From: a virus
Lineage: Duplodnaviria > Caudoviricetes
IMG/VR virus record: IMGVR_UViG_3300031555_002748
Span: 2,439 to 66,438 of that record
Strand: one strand, 5' to 3'
DNA: 64,000 nucleotides
The notes under the pieces were generated by a model. It saw only the letters and a program-made list of their open reading frames with translations, searched no databases and was not told where the DNA came from. The translations under genes and the position numbers were made by a program. Positions within the stretch are counted from its first letter, which is position 1. Each line of letters begins with the position of its first letter. This document shows positions 44,780 through 57,303 of this stretch, piece after piece.

Positions 44780-45217
44780 ATGAAAACAATGAAACAACAA
44801 CTTATGGAACTTGCAACAAAGCATTTAGACTGTGAATTATGGGCTTGTGATGATGGCTGTAAAGTTCACATAATCAACCACAATGGAATTTGCGTCAAAT
44901 CTTATTCGTGGTATTGTACTGAAATTGAAGTCGATGATGGCGAAGATTATGGCGAATACAAAGACAGCATATACGGAATCGGCGAAGATAAAGAAGATAT
45001 ACTAATGGCTTATGCCGAAAACCACGAAAGCGTTGAACTCATTAGACCAAAACTCTATGAAGAGCATAAGCAACTCTTGTTAGATGCACTTAAAAATGCT
45101 CATAAAGCATACTGGCTTTGGAGGTCAAATTTCGTAACCCAAAGTGATATAGACTTTGAAGAATTGACCGATATTGCCGTTGCAATAGACAATTTTGTTA
45201 ATGAAAGGGAGGTGTAA
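44780..45217 (+). CDS. Acidic hypothetical protein
   Basis: 145 aa with GGAGG RBS. Confidence 0.7.
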   Translation: MKTMKQQLMELATKHLDCELWACDDGCKVHIINHNGICVKSYSWYCTEIEVDDGEDYGEYKDSIYGIGEDKEDILMAYAENHESVELIRPKLYEEHKQLLLDALKNAHKAYWLWRSNFVTQSDIDFEELTDIAVAIDNFVNEREV

Positions 45218-45218
45218 T

Positions 45219-45416
45219 ATGTTTAGACAATACGAAAACCCACACAAGTTGCAACAACAACTTGAAGAACTTGAAAGGCAATATGCCGAAAACCCAGAAG
45301 ATGCAGATTTATGCATTGAAATTGCAGCACTCAAAGACCGTATAAATTTTGCGTGGCAAGACGACGAGTATGACTGTGATTATATGCAAGAAAATTATCC
45401 AGAAGATTACGAATAA
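45219..45416 (+). CDS. Acidic hypothetical protein
   Basis: Likely start MFRQYENP. Confidence 0.65.
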   Translation: MFRQYENPHKLQQQLEELERQYAENPEDADLCIEIAALKDRINFAWQDDEYDCDYMQENYPEDYE

Positions 45417-45430
45417 AGGAGCGAATACAA

Positions 45431-46543
45431 ATGAACATCATTAAGCAAATTGAGATGAAAATCAAGCAAGAACGACTTTATCAAGAAGATTATGCCCTAG
45501 CAATGGAACGAGAGCATAAACGCCTTGACAAAGAGCGTAGAGAGCAAGAAGAACAGTTTGAAGAATTTATGGCAGACTATAAAAGAGATAGTGCCAAATT
45601 CGGGTTCTAATGCGATATTTTTGAAAGTTTACAAGGAGGTGTAAATCAATGAGCAAGGCACAACAAATTGCTGAACTTATTTTGCTTGGCTATTCACAAG
45701 AAGATGCCCAAGAAATAGTAGCAAGTAAATAATAAAAAACTGTCCTAAGCACGACAATAAAAGGCTCAAAATAAAACAAGCCAAAGGAGATAAAAAATTA
45801 TGGCGAAAAGAATTTATGACGAGTATGCAATATACTCAAAGGCAAGACCGAGCAAACAAAAGGGCAAAGAAAAAAGCAAAATGTCCTATGAACAGTACAA
45901 AGCGTACAAAGCAAAGAAAAGGGGGAAATAAATCATGGGAAGAATGAGTAATAAAGTGCTTGGATACAAGAGCAAAGACAAAGGAAACTGTAAAACAGCA
46001 ATAGAGGCATTTGATAAGATAGAGCAATGCCGTGATACGCTATTCTCAATAAGCCGCGAAAAGAAGAAGTCTTGGGGAACGGCTTGGTATGATTACACAA
46101 GACACAATATGTTCGAAATGGCAATAAAGGAAATTATCCTACAACCAGAAGACTTTGTAAAGAGTGTGGCAATAACTTGCATCAATGACATTGCACGACT
46201 TTGGAAAGAATTAAGAGAACTTGAAACGAAAGGTGGTGTAAGATAAATGCACAACATTAACGATTTCATAGGCAAATACACTGTTGTTCTTATGGACAAT
46301 GGTGCTTTTGCCGTGGACAATGAAAACGGCACATATACAATTTATGCCGACAAAAAACAGCCGAAAACAATAACGGCAACACTTGTAGATATAATATAGG
46401 AGGATATAAAAATGAACATCTACATTGACGGAAAATTAGCCACAGAGCAACAACTATTTTTGCTCGAACTTGCACTTAAAAAGCGACTTTTTAGAGCAAA
46501 CGCTTATGCTAACAAACTTGGCATTTTTTATGTAACATTTTAG
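45431..46543 (+). other. Run of short hypothetical genes (27-103 aa)
   Basis: RBS-preceded ORFs starting at 45431, 45649, 45800, 45935, 46247 and 46412. Confidence 0.55.
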
Positions 46544-46555
46544 GAGGAAATAACA

Positions 46556-46885
46556 ATGGAAAATTCTATAAGAAAGGGGTATGAAAGATTGGCAACAAAA
46601 GTGCTAAAAGACTTTAATGGCGATTGGGTAAGGGCAATTGTATTTCGTGACAAAGAAAGCGACTTTGACGAATTAAGGAAGTTTTTTGCGACTGAAAATT
46701 ATGAACTTTTTTGCAACTTATGCAGCATAAATGCCAAAGATTGGCAAAACTTCCTTGAAAATCTAAAAACAAGGGCTTTTGCCGACAAGAAGTTGCACGC
46801 AACGTTGCAAGAACAATGGTATAAGCAACAACACAATAAAGATTTTTATGACGATTTGCTAATGGAGCAACAAGAACAAATGTAA
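46556..46885 (+). CDS. Hypothetical protein
   Basis: 109 aa with AGGAGG RBS. Confidence 0.65.
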   Translation: MENSIRKGYERLATKVLKDFNGDWVRAIVFRDKESDFDELRKFFATENYELFCNLCSINAKDWQNFLENLKTRAFADKKLHATLQEQWYKQQHNKDFYDDLLMEQQEQM

Positions 46886-46898
46886 GGAGAGATGAAAA

Positions 46899-47228
46899 AT
46901 GTTAATACTATCAACAAAACTGAAAAATGCACTTAACAAGCAAGGTGGCGATATGCCGTTGCAATTTACTCTAAAAAATATTACAATAAATGGTGCAAAG
47001 CGTGGTTGCAGTGGCTTTGTGCGAAACCTTGACAATAACACGGTAGTATATATAAATACCGAAGAACCTTGTTTGTCAAACTTGCACTATATGTATAGAT
47101 ATGCCGACCACGAAAAGGACTATACAGGATACCATAACCGTTGGGCAGATACACTTGATGCGTTGGCTTATTCTGTTTGCCGTTTGTTAAAAAGTACACC
47201 TCAAGAACAAAATGATAGGAAAATATAA
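46899..47228 (+). CDS. Hypothetical protein
   Basis: 109 aa; NG.KRGCSGF and YRYA...KDYTG..N motifs. Confidence 0.65.
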   Translation: MLILSTKLKNALNKQGGDMPLQFTLKNITINGAKRGCSGFVRNLDNNTVVYINTEEPCLSNLHYMYRYADHEKDYTGYHNRWADTLDALAYSVCRLLKSTPQEQNDRKI

Positions 47229-47245
47229 AAGGAGAACACGACAAA

Positions 47246-49495
47246 ATGACTATAATAAATACAAAAAACTATGACGAAAAAATGTATAGAATAAATCTTT
47301 TAACAGGAACGGTTTGGATAGAGCAATACGGTGTTTATGCCTATAACGAACAAGAGGCTTGCGATACACTTGCCGATTACTTGGAAGAAAACGAAAGTGG
47401 TTTGTGTATTGACTATTGGCACTTGAACGACTTATGCGACAGTTTTCAGTCAGTAGACGAGTATGCCGAAGCCCACAACTTAACTTGCTGTGGAAACCAT
47501 AGCGTATACTTGGAAATAGAAAGCATTACGGAGGTAGTGCAACAATGAAGCATAACGAGATAAAATTTGATATTAAAACAACTGATGCAATATTGCGTAA
47601 TTTATGTGCAACATTAAAAGTAAATAGCCTTGATTATGTTTGCAATTTTGACAAAGACCATTATATTGTAGGTATAAAATGTGGCAAGTATATTATTGAT
47701 CGTCCGTTAATCATAACCACGGGGTTATTATTTACAGTAACTGACGACAAAAATATTTCGTGTGGACTTTATGATACCAAATACTTGTTGAAACTTTTAA
47801 TTGAGGCACAAAAGAAAGAAAAAGCAAAAATGACAGGTTACAATCCAACACCATACGAGAAAGGCATAACCGACTCAATTGAAAGGAGTTGGGAAATAAA
47901 AAAGAATATAAAAAAGTGGGAGGGTAAAGAATAATGCCACCAAAAGAACGAGAACGACTTGAATTTGAGTTTACTCATAATGGAAGAATTTACTATTTTG
48001 ATAATTACTATATCACAGAAGATGGCAAATATGTTTGCCGTTGTGATTTAACTGCAACAAATTATTATGGCAACAAAGAAGTTATGCTAATATGTTGCAA
48101 AATTGCCCTTGACGCTTATCTTGAAAGTAAAGAACAAGCCGAGAGAGATGTTAAACAAGAAATTTGCAAAGTGCTTGGAGTATACAAGGAGAACTAAAAT
48201 GACAGAAGAAATGCTTAAAAAAGAATATGAACAAAAATTGGCTGCACTTCGTAATAAGCAAAATAATTGCAATCATACTTGGGGAGAAACAAAGTATGAT
48301 CCCGAAATAATACAAGAGCCTAGATATGAAATGAAGTTTCAAGGAAGCGATTGTTATCACGAAGTAGTTGGTTATACGGAATGCAAAAAAGATAGATGGA
48401 GTAGAACTTGTGTAAACTGTGGAAAGGTTGAGTATACTTATACGCAAAAACCTATACAGTATGCACCAGATTTTGATTAAGGAGGACTAACATGAAACAA
48501 AACCGAAAAAAGTTAGTGCGAAAATTTATTGCAAAACTGAATGGTGAAATTCAAGAATTAAGAGATTATTACAATAGGTTGCTTAAAAACAAATATATTG
48601 ATGACAAGCAAAATTGCAGACTTAATTTAATCAAATTAGATGTGGTCGAAAAGATTTTCTGTAATGAGGAATTCTACGGCGAGATGTATTCCGAAGATAA
48701 TTATGTTATCTCTAATCATTTGTTGAATTTATTATGCATCAGAGATTTAAGTACGGCGGCAGACCTTATGGATAGTGTCTATATGTCTACAAAACTTGCA
48801 ATCCCCAAAAATTTTTCATTCAACTTACTCACACCATTAGAACGGGGAATGTTAAACGACCAATTTAAGGAGAACAACAATGAACGAAAACGAAATTAAA
48901 GACCTATTATACGATTTAGCAATGGGCATAGTTGATTTATTCCACGAAAACGCTGAGTTAAGAGAGATAAACAAGCAACTCAAAAAATACAAGGAAAAAA
49001 GAGAGCAAGAAGATCAAGAGTATTTACAACATAGCCAAAAACAAGTGAGTAAAACTCTTGCGACTTTATTGAGAGCAAACAAGGAGGAGAACAACAATGA
49101 ACGACAAAATTAAGGCATTTGCCGAAAAACAAATGAAACTTGCTAACCACGGCATAGATACAAGCAAAATGGTGGGCTTTGAATACAAGGGGCAATATAT
49201 CATAAACCCTTTTGTAGACGAAACTTGCCGATTTGAAGTAGATCCATACGAATACTATGGAATGCACGAAATGCTTGAATACACCAATGGCATAATTGAA
49301 AAAGCCGAAAAAATGCAAGAGTTTTACTATACTTTTGGAAGCTACTACGAAGACCTTGATAATCTTGCCAAAAAATTGCAAGACGATTATAATGGTGGCA
49401 AAGAATTTATGCAACAAGAAGAAGATAGACTTGGTTTGTGCTTCTTACTTGATATGTTTGATGATGTGGAGGTAAATAACAATGAGAAAAACTAA
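47246..49495 (+). other. Run of seven coupled hypothetical genes
   Basis: 47246-47548, 47545-47934, 47934-48197, 48199-48480, 48492-48899, 48880-49113 and 49097-49495. Confidence 0.65.
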
Positions 49496-50030
49496 ATTCA
49501 ACATTGACAACAACGAAAACATTTATGAAGGCTACACATACGGAGATACTTGGAATGGCTGGGCTTGTCCTTATTTTACAAAGGAAGTTGCCGATAAAAT
49601 GGCAAAAGATTATGACTATGCAATGTATTATGAAGAACGTATTGATGCGTTTATTGTGGCAAATGTAGGTGCTCACGAGACATTAGATGAGGGCTCAAGA
49701 GATTTAGTTGATAGAATTATCAAGTATGCAAACCCAGATATAACAAAAGACTACGAAGTTAGAAACATAATATCAATACTTATAGGACTTGATTTTGAGG
49801 TATATACTGGCGAAGATATTAAAGTTGATGGCGAAATCTTGCACCTTTACGATATAGGAAATTGTTGCTGGATTTGGGACGAATACGAAATGGTTACTTG
49901 TGCTTGGTGTGGCGAAGATTATGAAGAAAGTGAACTCAAAAACACCGACCTTGGTAAACTATGCGACGATTGTATTGAAGCAATGCGTAGTCGTGGCGAA
50001 AGTATAACAATAAAATTTGGGGAGGACTAA
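49482..50030 (+). CDS. Hypothetical protein with C-terminal Zn finger
   Basis: WNGWACPYF motif; CAWC...CDDC. Confidence 0.65.
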   Translation: MRKTKFNIDNNENIYEGYTYGDTWNGWACPYFTKEVADKMAKDYDYAMYYEERIDAFIVANVGAHETLDEGSRDLVDRIIKYANPDITKDYEVRNIISILIGLDFEVYTGEDIKVDGEILHLYDIGNCCWIWDEYEMVTCAWCGEDYEESELKNTDLGKLCDDCIEAMRSRGESITIKFGED

Positions 50031-50226
50031 AAATGAAACTTACTAACAAGCAAATGTACGAAATAGAAACCTATTGCTGGAACAACTATTGTCCAGTAGA
50101 AACTTTCCTTGAAAACTTGGAATACGAACTTGGCAACGAAAAGATTGCTAAAATTGAAAACAAAATCATAACCACAACAAGTGGCAATAAAATAAGATTT
50201 GGCGAAATTATTTAGGAGGAATAAAA

Positions 50227-50433
50227 ATGCGAAAAGTACCTATTAAACAAGAGTATGAAGAATACTACATTTATTTAGAAGAGTTGCGTTTATCTGGCGA
50301 AACAAATATGTGGGGTGCAACGCCGTATTTGGTTTGTAGATACGGTTTAGACGAAGTTAGAGCAAACGAAATTCTTTTTAGTTGGATAGACAACTATGAA
50401 GAACTTGCCGAAAAATATCAATGGAGGAATTAA
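50227..50433 (+). CDS. Small hypothetical protein (DUF5049-like)
   Basis: LEELRLSGETNMWGA motif. Confidence 0.55.
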   Translation: MRKVPIKQEYEEYYIYLEELRLSGETNMWGATPYLVCRYGLDEVRANEILFSWIDNYEELAEKYQWRN

Positions 50434-50435
50434 CT

Positions 50436-51170
50436 ATGCGTGAACAAGAAATTTTTGAAAGAAACTACAAAGGCTACAAATTTGTGGCAATACAGCAAGC
50501 ACCCGAAGATACCGAGCCACCTATGATATTTGATGATTTTGAAGAAAATTACCCAAATGTAATTATTATGGGCAATCGAGAGTTTAAGTATTATGGTGTT
50601 GAAACTTGGTTTGAAAGAGTTTGGGAGTATTTTGAATACGCCAAAGACACTATAACTGATATTAACAATGGCGTTGATGATTGCTATGATTCAGTTGAAG
50701 ATTATCTTGATGATTACTTCCCAAACATGAAAGGTAATGGTGGTCAATACGAGCCAGAAAGAGTAGAAAAACTTATAAAGGCTTTGGAAGAATCATATAT
50801 ATTCACAAGAGCCGACTTTGATAGTTGCTTATGCCGAGTTCTTGGTGTTATGTTCGATAAAAAGTGGAATTACACTACATTGAGTGGTTATTGCCAAAGC
50901 GATTGGCAAGGTTGCTACTATTGCACGGAAGATAATGACAAAGAAATTATTAAAGCACTTGAAGCCTATTATTTCAACACAGGCAATGAATACAGAGTTC
51001 ATTTTGTAGATGAAAACGGCAACATTGATGAAGATGAGTGTGAATACGATTATGTATATAAATACCCAGAAGAACAACAACTTGCCGACAATTATGGTTG
51101 CAAGATTGAAGAAATCAAATTTTTTAGACATAACGGATACTACAAAATATCTAAATATGAGGAGGACTAA
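50436..51170 (+). CDS. Very acidic hypothetical protein
   Basis: Likely start MREQ; GYCQSDWQ motif. Confidence 0.65.
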   Translation: MREQEIFERNYKGYKFVAIQQAPEDTEPPMIFDDFEENYPNVIIMGNREFKYYGVETWFERVWEYFEYAKDTITDINNGVDDCYDSVEDYLDDYFPNMKGNGGQYEPERVEKLIKALEESYIFTRADFDSCLCRVLGVMFDKKWNYTTLSGYCQSDWQGCYYCTEDNDKEIIKALEAYYFNTGNEYRVHFVDENGNIDEDECEYDYVYKYPEEQQLADNYGCKIEEIKFFRHNGYYKISKYEED

Positions 51171-51173
51171 CCT

Positions 51174-52833
51174 ATGAAAACACCTTGGAAACAATACATT
51201 GAATATCTTAAAGATTGGGCAGAAGATCACAGTAGCGAACTTTGTGATGGAATGAGCCCAGTTTGTTACGACGAATGGCTTGACAATGAATATACTGAAA
51301 GTGGACTTGATGCATCTATATGTCCATACTGTGAAAGCGAAAATACCGAACAACTTGATTTTGATTGGGAAAGCAATTCTGCAAAGCACATTTGCCGAGA
51401 TTGCAATCAAGACTATATTGCTTGGTATGACGATACAACCGAAAAGTGCAACGAAATAACCGATAGACACAACAAAATGATTAAGAAAATGGAGGACTAA
51501 ATAATGTACGAAGAAATTTTGAAAATTGTAGAAAAATATTTTGGCAATATTGGTTGCGAAGATTGCGAGTGTTGTGCGCAAGAAATTGCAATTAAAATTG
51601 AAGACCCAGAGGGTTATAAAGAAATTTTTAAGGAGGACTAACCTATGCTACACATTAAATTCAAGTATGCCGACGCTATGTCAAATTGGCAATGGAGAGA
51701 ACAAGAATGCACCGTTTCAAGCGTTGAAGAGTGCAAGAGAATTTACGGTCTTGGAATAGATTGTGAATACGAAATTTTATCAGTTGAGGAGGTATAAGTA
51801 TGACAGGTTATCATAACACAAAAATTATAGCAATATTTGAAGGAATTGAAGAACACTACAATGTTCCGTTTAAGCACACTCTTGTTTGTGACACTATGGA
51901 AGAAGTTGCAGAATATAGAGAACACCTTTGCTGTTGTGAGTACAGAATTGATAATGAAACAATTTTGGAAAACCAAGATGTAATAACCATCAATAAAGAG
52001 GAGGTATAGGTATGAAGAAACAATGGTACACAGTAAGTTTTAGTGCAAAAATGACCGAAGAAGATGTAAGAGCAATGAAAAATTGCTTTTATCAAGCAAT
52101 GGAAGAGGCAATGCAAATAAGCCCTTGTGCTGCACTCGATATTGAACTTGAAGATGACCAAGATGAAGATGAGGAGGACTAATTATGACAGGCTTTAATT
52201 TTAGAGCATATCTCAGAAATTATGAGATACTACAAGTTATAGGAGTAAACAAAACTCGAAAGCAATTCAAGAATTTTCTTAGGGTTTTGTATGGCAAAAA
52301 GAAAGATCGTGGGCATATAAAGCCCAAGATAGAAAAGCAAATTCAAGAAAACGCAAATAATAGAGTAAAGATATTCGGCGCGATATCAAAAGTGATGCCA
52401 AGTTTGTCTATAATGGGACAAAGTTTCTATTGGTTCTAAAGGAGGATATATTAAAATGGCAAGAACTGATTTTGAAAGAGGTGCAATATATGCGAGAGAT
52501 TGCATTATCGCAACAATTTTAGGTATGCAAGAAAGTGTCAGGGGCACAGCAAAATACTCAGTATACCAAGAAGTTATGGATATGATTGAGGAACGACTTG
52601 GTAATATGTTTCAAGACTTTAAGGGATAACGGAGGTATAAAATGAAACTCGGTAGATTACACATAGGCATACGAAAAAGTAGCCGTACACAATTCAAATG
52701 GTTTTACTGTCCACTTATCTCATATAAAAAGGGTGATGAACTTGATAGATTCTCCCCTTGGCACACATTATCACATTTTTGGTGGGTAGGTTGGCACTTT
52801 TATATTGCGATTGAAAGGAGGAAACAAAAATGA
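51174..52833 (+). other. Run of short hypothetical genes
   Basis: RBS-preceded ORFs starting at 51174, 51503, 51645, 51800, 52012, 52185, 52456 and 52642. Confidence 0.55.
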
Positions 52834-53303
52834 ACTGTTCAAAATGTGGTAAACCCATAAACGGAAAAATATACCCAGATAACACTTGTCAAAGTTGCTA
52901 TCTTTATTATCACAAAGGTGGCACAGATAATCCTATTCCAGCAAAAGGTATCATTGCCCACGACTATCGTGGCTATGTAGTTTGCCACATTTGTGGTAGA
53001 GCCTACAAACGACTTGGCTCTCATATTAAAGAGTGCCATAAAATGACTATTGCCGACTACAAAGCCGAGTTTGAGTTGTGCAATAATGCAAGAACAACCG
53101 AGCAAAACTATTCAAAGCATATGAGCAAACTTGCTTATAAATACGATATGGACCAGCAACTTAAAATTGTTGGTGCGGCAACTCGTATCAAGAAAGGGCA
53201 AAAAGATATGCGAAAAGGTAAAAAAGTACGCTTACAAGAGTGTATAGATAAAAAAATAAGAATGTTGGAGGTACGAAACAATGACAAAACAACAAGCGTT
53301 TAA
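52830..53303 (+). CDS. ROS/MucR-like zinc-finger protein
   Basis: CHICGRAYKRLGSHIKECHKMTIADYKAEFEL matches the MucR pattern; additional N-terminal CSKC/CQSC. Confidence 0.7.
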   Translation: MNCSKCGKPINGKIYPDNTCQSCYLYYHKGGTDNPIPAKGIIAHDYRGYVVCHICGRAYKRLGSHIKECHKMTIADYKAEFELCNNARTTEQNYSKHMSKLAYKYDMDQQLKIVGAATRIKKGQKDMRKGKKVRLQECIDKKIRMLEVRNNDKTTSV

Positions 53304-54244
53304 ACAATTCACAGAACTTTACTATGAGGACAAGTACAATCTACAAAGGGCAGTTGACCAAGACTATTGTAAGGTGCAATTAGAATGGTCTTGCTTTGTA
53401 GACAACTTAAACCGTGACGGAGAAATTACCGACAAGCAACGCCAAACTTGGGGAACACCATTTAGTAAGAAAGGTAGGAAATAATTATGAAAGATTGTAG
53501 AGAAGAATTTAGCAACTATACTGCATTTGCAGTGTGGTTTGAACCAGTTCATATTGTAAAACAAGGCAAGAGTTACTATGTATATTATGAAAACCTTAAC
53601 GAGTGGATTCAATGTGGCTCAAAAGAATATATTAACGGTTGGTTGTATGGTTGCGTACAAACAGTTTGTGGACGAGCAAGAAGATTAAAGGAGGAGTGCA
53701 CAAATGTATAAACGTAAAACAAGAGATGTCTATATAATCATGGCAAACTATGGCTATGGTTGGGAAGAAGAGTGCCAAGCCGACACTCGTGAAGAGGCAA
53801 AGCAAAATCTCAAAGAGTACCGTGAAAACGGTGGTGGTCATTACTACTTAAAGACTAAAAGAGAAAAAATTGAGGAGGCAAAATAAAATGAACAAAGATG
53901 TAGCAAAAACACTAAAAAACTATGATGTTTTTCCAATTGAGGATTTAACAAGCATAAGAGCACCACATAACACCCTAGAAAGCGAGGGTGTTTTATTTGT
54001 CGCAAGCCGATGGATAGTTAATAATCTTATCACAGATGATGACATTAAAGATGTTTATGATAACTTCCACGGTTATAGATCTGGTGTAAGTGGTGGTTCA
54101 TTTGACCTTGATGATAATTATAAAATATACGGCGAAGAAGAAAGGTTTGAAATTAGTCACGCAGTATTAAATGGCGATTGTGTTTATTTAATCGTGCTTG
54201 ACGCAAAACAAGATAAATACGTAGCAGCAATTAGAATTAATTAA
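53281..54244 (+). other. Four hypothetical genes
   Basis: 53281-53484, 53487-53711, 53704-53886 and 53888-54244. Confidence 0.6.
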
Positions 54245-54259
54245 TAGGAGGAATGTAAA

Positions 54260-54814
54260 ATGGATAACAAATTTGTTTATTGGGATGATATTTATACAAA
54301 CGGAAAGGGCAGATACTGCACCGAGCAAAATTTAATCAACAACTTTTATAAGAAACAACCATTAGGTAATCAATACATTTATGTAAGCGATTATGATGAA
54401 AACGATATTTATAGCAAGGTGGAAAACCCACACGACGAACTTTCTGGCAAGACGGTTCGTTGTAATTATGCACAATTGTTCTGCGATAATGATAGTTTGT
54501 TGCTTTGTAATAATATACCACAAGTTGACACATGCTTGTTTGATAATGTTGAGGGTGGCGAATTATGTGAGTATTATAACAAAGATGGCGATGAAATTAC
54601 TCGTGAAGAATACAAAGAACTTGGTTGGGAAAATGCAACGGAACAATATCGTGATATCTATCAATATTACTTAATCAACGAATCGCTTGCACATATGTTG
54701 ATTAACCACACAGACAACCTTGTGTTCTATTCTGATGCACTTGATCTATATGTACTTGGTGTAACTCATTTTGGCACAGGTTGGTCTTGTGTTGATGAAG
54801 ATTTTCAATGGTAA
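54260..54814 (+). CDS. Acidic hypothetical protein
   Basis: 184 aa; IYQYYLI...YVLGVTHFGTGW. Confidence 0.65.
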   Translation: MDNKFVYWDDIYTNGKGRYCTEQNLINNFYKKQPLGNQYIYVSDYDENDIYSKVENPHDELSGKTVRCNYAQLFCDNDSLLLCNNIPQVDTCLFDNVEGGELCEYYNKDGDEITREEYKELGWENATEQYRDIYQYYLINESLAHMLINHTDNLVFYSDALDLYVLGVTHFGTGWSCVDEDFQW

Positions 54815-54820
54815 AGGAGG

Positions 54821-57302
54821 ATGAGTAAAATGAAATTTTATGCAGAAACAAGCAAAGGCGAAGAACTTTATATTAGTACAATTAAAGCACCAAACAAGCA
54901 ACAAGCAATTAACTATCTTGAAAAAGAGGGCTACAAAGTAGAGAAAATTGTTGACGCTTCAACACACCACTTATGTAAATACTGTGGTGGTATAGCCGAG
55001 GGCAACTACGAAGACTTGTTATGTGAAGAATGTCGTTATGACTTTGGACACACAATGTATAGTGAGTTATAAGAGGTGATTTATGAAAAAATATTACATT
55101 GAAATGGTAGATAGGAACGGCGAAAAACCATATGTAATACAATCCCGTTGGTTTGATACCGAAGAACAAGCGTTAGAGTGGCTAAACACTACTATCGATT
55201 ATTGCGATTTGATAATATGCTTAATGTCAGCAGTATTTGATAAAGATACTGGCGAATACGAAATTGAATTTGAAAAATATTTAACTTGGGAGGACACTGA
55301 TTTATGAAAATACAAGAAATGTTAGAAATTACAAACACACACTTTGACAAATATACGGAGCAATTCTCAACAAGAGAAGATCTTATAAATAATTCATATA
55401 AGATTGCTCTTGCTAGTAATTTTCAGGGCTGTTTACAAGAGTATGTATTTGAAACAGATTATTTTGAAGACGACGAAATTGAGAAACATAGAGAGCAATA
55501 CGAAATACTTTTTAAGCAAGAAAATATTTACAAAACACTTGTAAATACATTCTTTGATTTCACCCACCCAGAAAGAACTGATATATGGGGCTACTATGAA
55601 GGTTGGGGTGGCACAAAAGATGTCATTGATGAAATAATTAAGATATTAAAAACGGAGGGAAAGTAATATGAACATTAAACAATGGATTGCCGATTGGGCA
55701 AAAGAAAACAATTACACAGGCAAGGAAGATTTTTGGGATTTCTTCTACGATATGAAACCAGATGTGGAAGCTTTCAAAGAAGAAGATTTTGATGATTGGT
55801 ATGACAATGAGTTTTTTGAAGTCGCAAAACCAATTATGATGGAATTGTTTGGATATACTGAGGAGGATATTGAGTTATGATGGTGCAAGAATTAAACCAA
55901 GACCAACTTGACTACCTAAAAACAGTTATGTTTTGGGGTGATGATAACAACAAACCATTACTTTATAAATACGATTATTATTGCGACATACCAAACGAAA
56001 TGGTATTTGAAAGATTTGAAGGCATTAGTTTTGTAGAAGAAGATTTTGAAATTAAAGAATAAAAATTAAAGGAGATTAGATAAATTATGAAAGAAATTAG
56101 AATTACAAAAATGGTAGAACAAACAACAGTAACATTTGAGGCAAATGACGGCAAGAAATTTACGGGGGAAAATGCCGAAAGAGAATGCAAGAACTACGAA
56201 ATGCAATTAAATAAAGACCTTTGCGAAAAGGAATTCAAGAAATTGAAACCAATCTTCTTGGACGAAGTTATTTGGCAGTGGTTTAGTGGCAATACAGAGG
56301 ATTACTTTGTAATCGTGAACTTGAAAAATCAAAATGATTTTGATTGTTTGAGAAATTATTGCGAAAGCAGAAATCCGTATCTTGAATTTGATATTGCTGA
56401 ACCAAAAGAATATCCGAAGCAAATGGTAGTAAGTATGAGCGATAGTTGGGTTTGTGAATATCGTAAAGGCTTAAGTGACTTAACACAACAACTTGAAAAC
56501 ATAGTAGAAAAATGCCACAAGGTACAAGGAGATGAAACACCATGCAAGAATTCTTAAAAGCAATGCACGAAGAGAGAGCTTACACTTGGTTTAATGCAAA
56601 TGGACATAAGTTGAGCAAAGAAGAATTGATGTTGATTGTCAAAGAATTTATTTATGTGATTGGCGATATGTCCGAACTAAACATTGGTAGCCAAGCGTAT
56701 TTAAGTTATGTAGCAGAAAGTATAGAAGAAGAAATGGAGGAAAAATAATATGAAAATAACAGTCGCAAACAAAAACTATGGTCTTGTAGAATTTTATGAC
56801 GAGGTAGCAACACAACTTGGGTATGATAAAGATAGGGTTGAATACGATTGTACGAAGATTTGTGTAGCAGCAAACATTCAAGACAATTTCTTTGCACATT
56901 ACAGAGAAGAAAACCCAGAATTAAGCGAAAGTGATCTTAATACTGGTGTTGGTATGATGCTTGTATGCTCTGGTCCAAAAGTAGATAAGAGCTTAAAAGA
57001 TAATGAAGTCGAAGTATCTGTCGGCTTTATAATAAACAAGGAGGTTGAGTAGTATGAAACATTATGTAGTAGTTTGTGATTGGTGTGATGAAGATTTTAG
57101 TGAAGGTGTTGATATTGTGGCAGTATGTCATTCGTATGATGAAGCAATAAATGAATTTGCAAAAAGACTTAAAGAAGAAAAACAAATCGCAGAAGATAAT
57201 GGTTGGCAAGTGTTTATTGATACTATTGCGGAATTTCAAGCATACGAAGATGGAAATTACCACGACAACCACACATACTTATATATCGAGGAGGTAAAGT
57301 AA
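54821..57302 (+). other. Run of nine small acidic hypothetical genes
   Basis: Starts at 54821, 55083, 55304, 55668, 55877, 56087, 56542, 56750 and 57054, each with an RBS. Confidence 0.6.
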
Positions 57303-57303
57303 T

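Noticed and set aside
51541-51759. 72-aa plus ORF from the track
   Set aside because: No RBS; two shorter RBS-preceded ORFs in other frames (starting 51503 and 51645) tile the region better.
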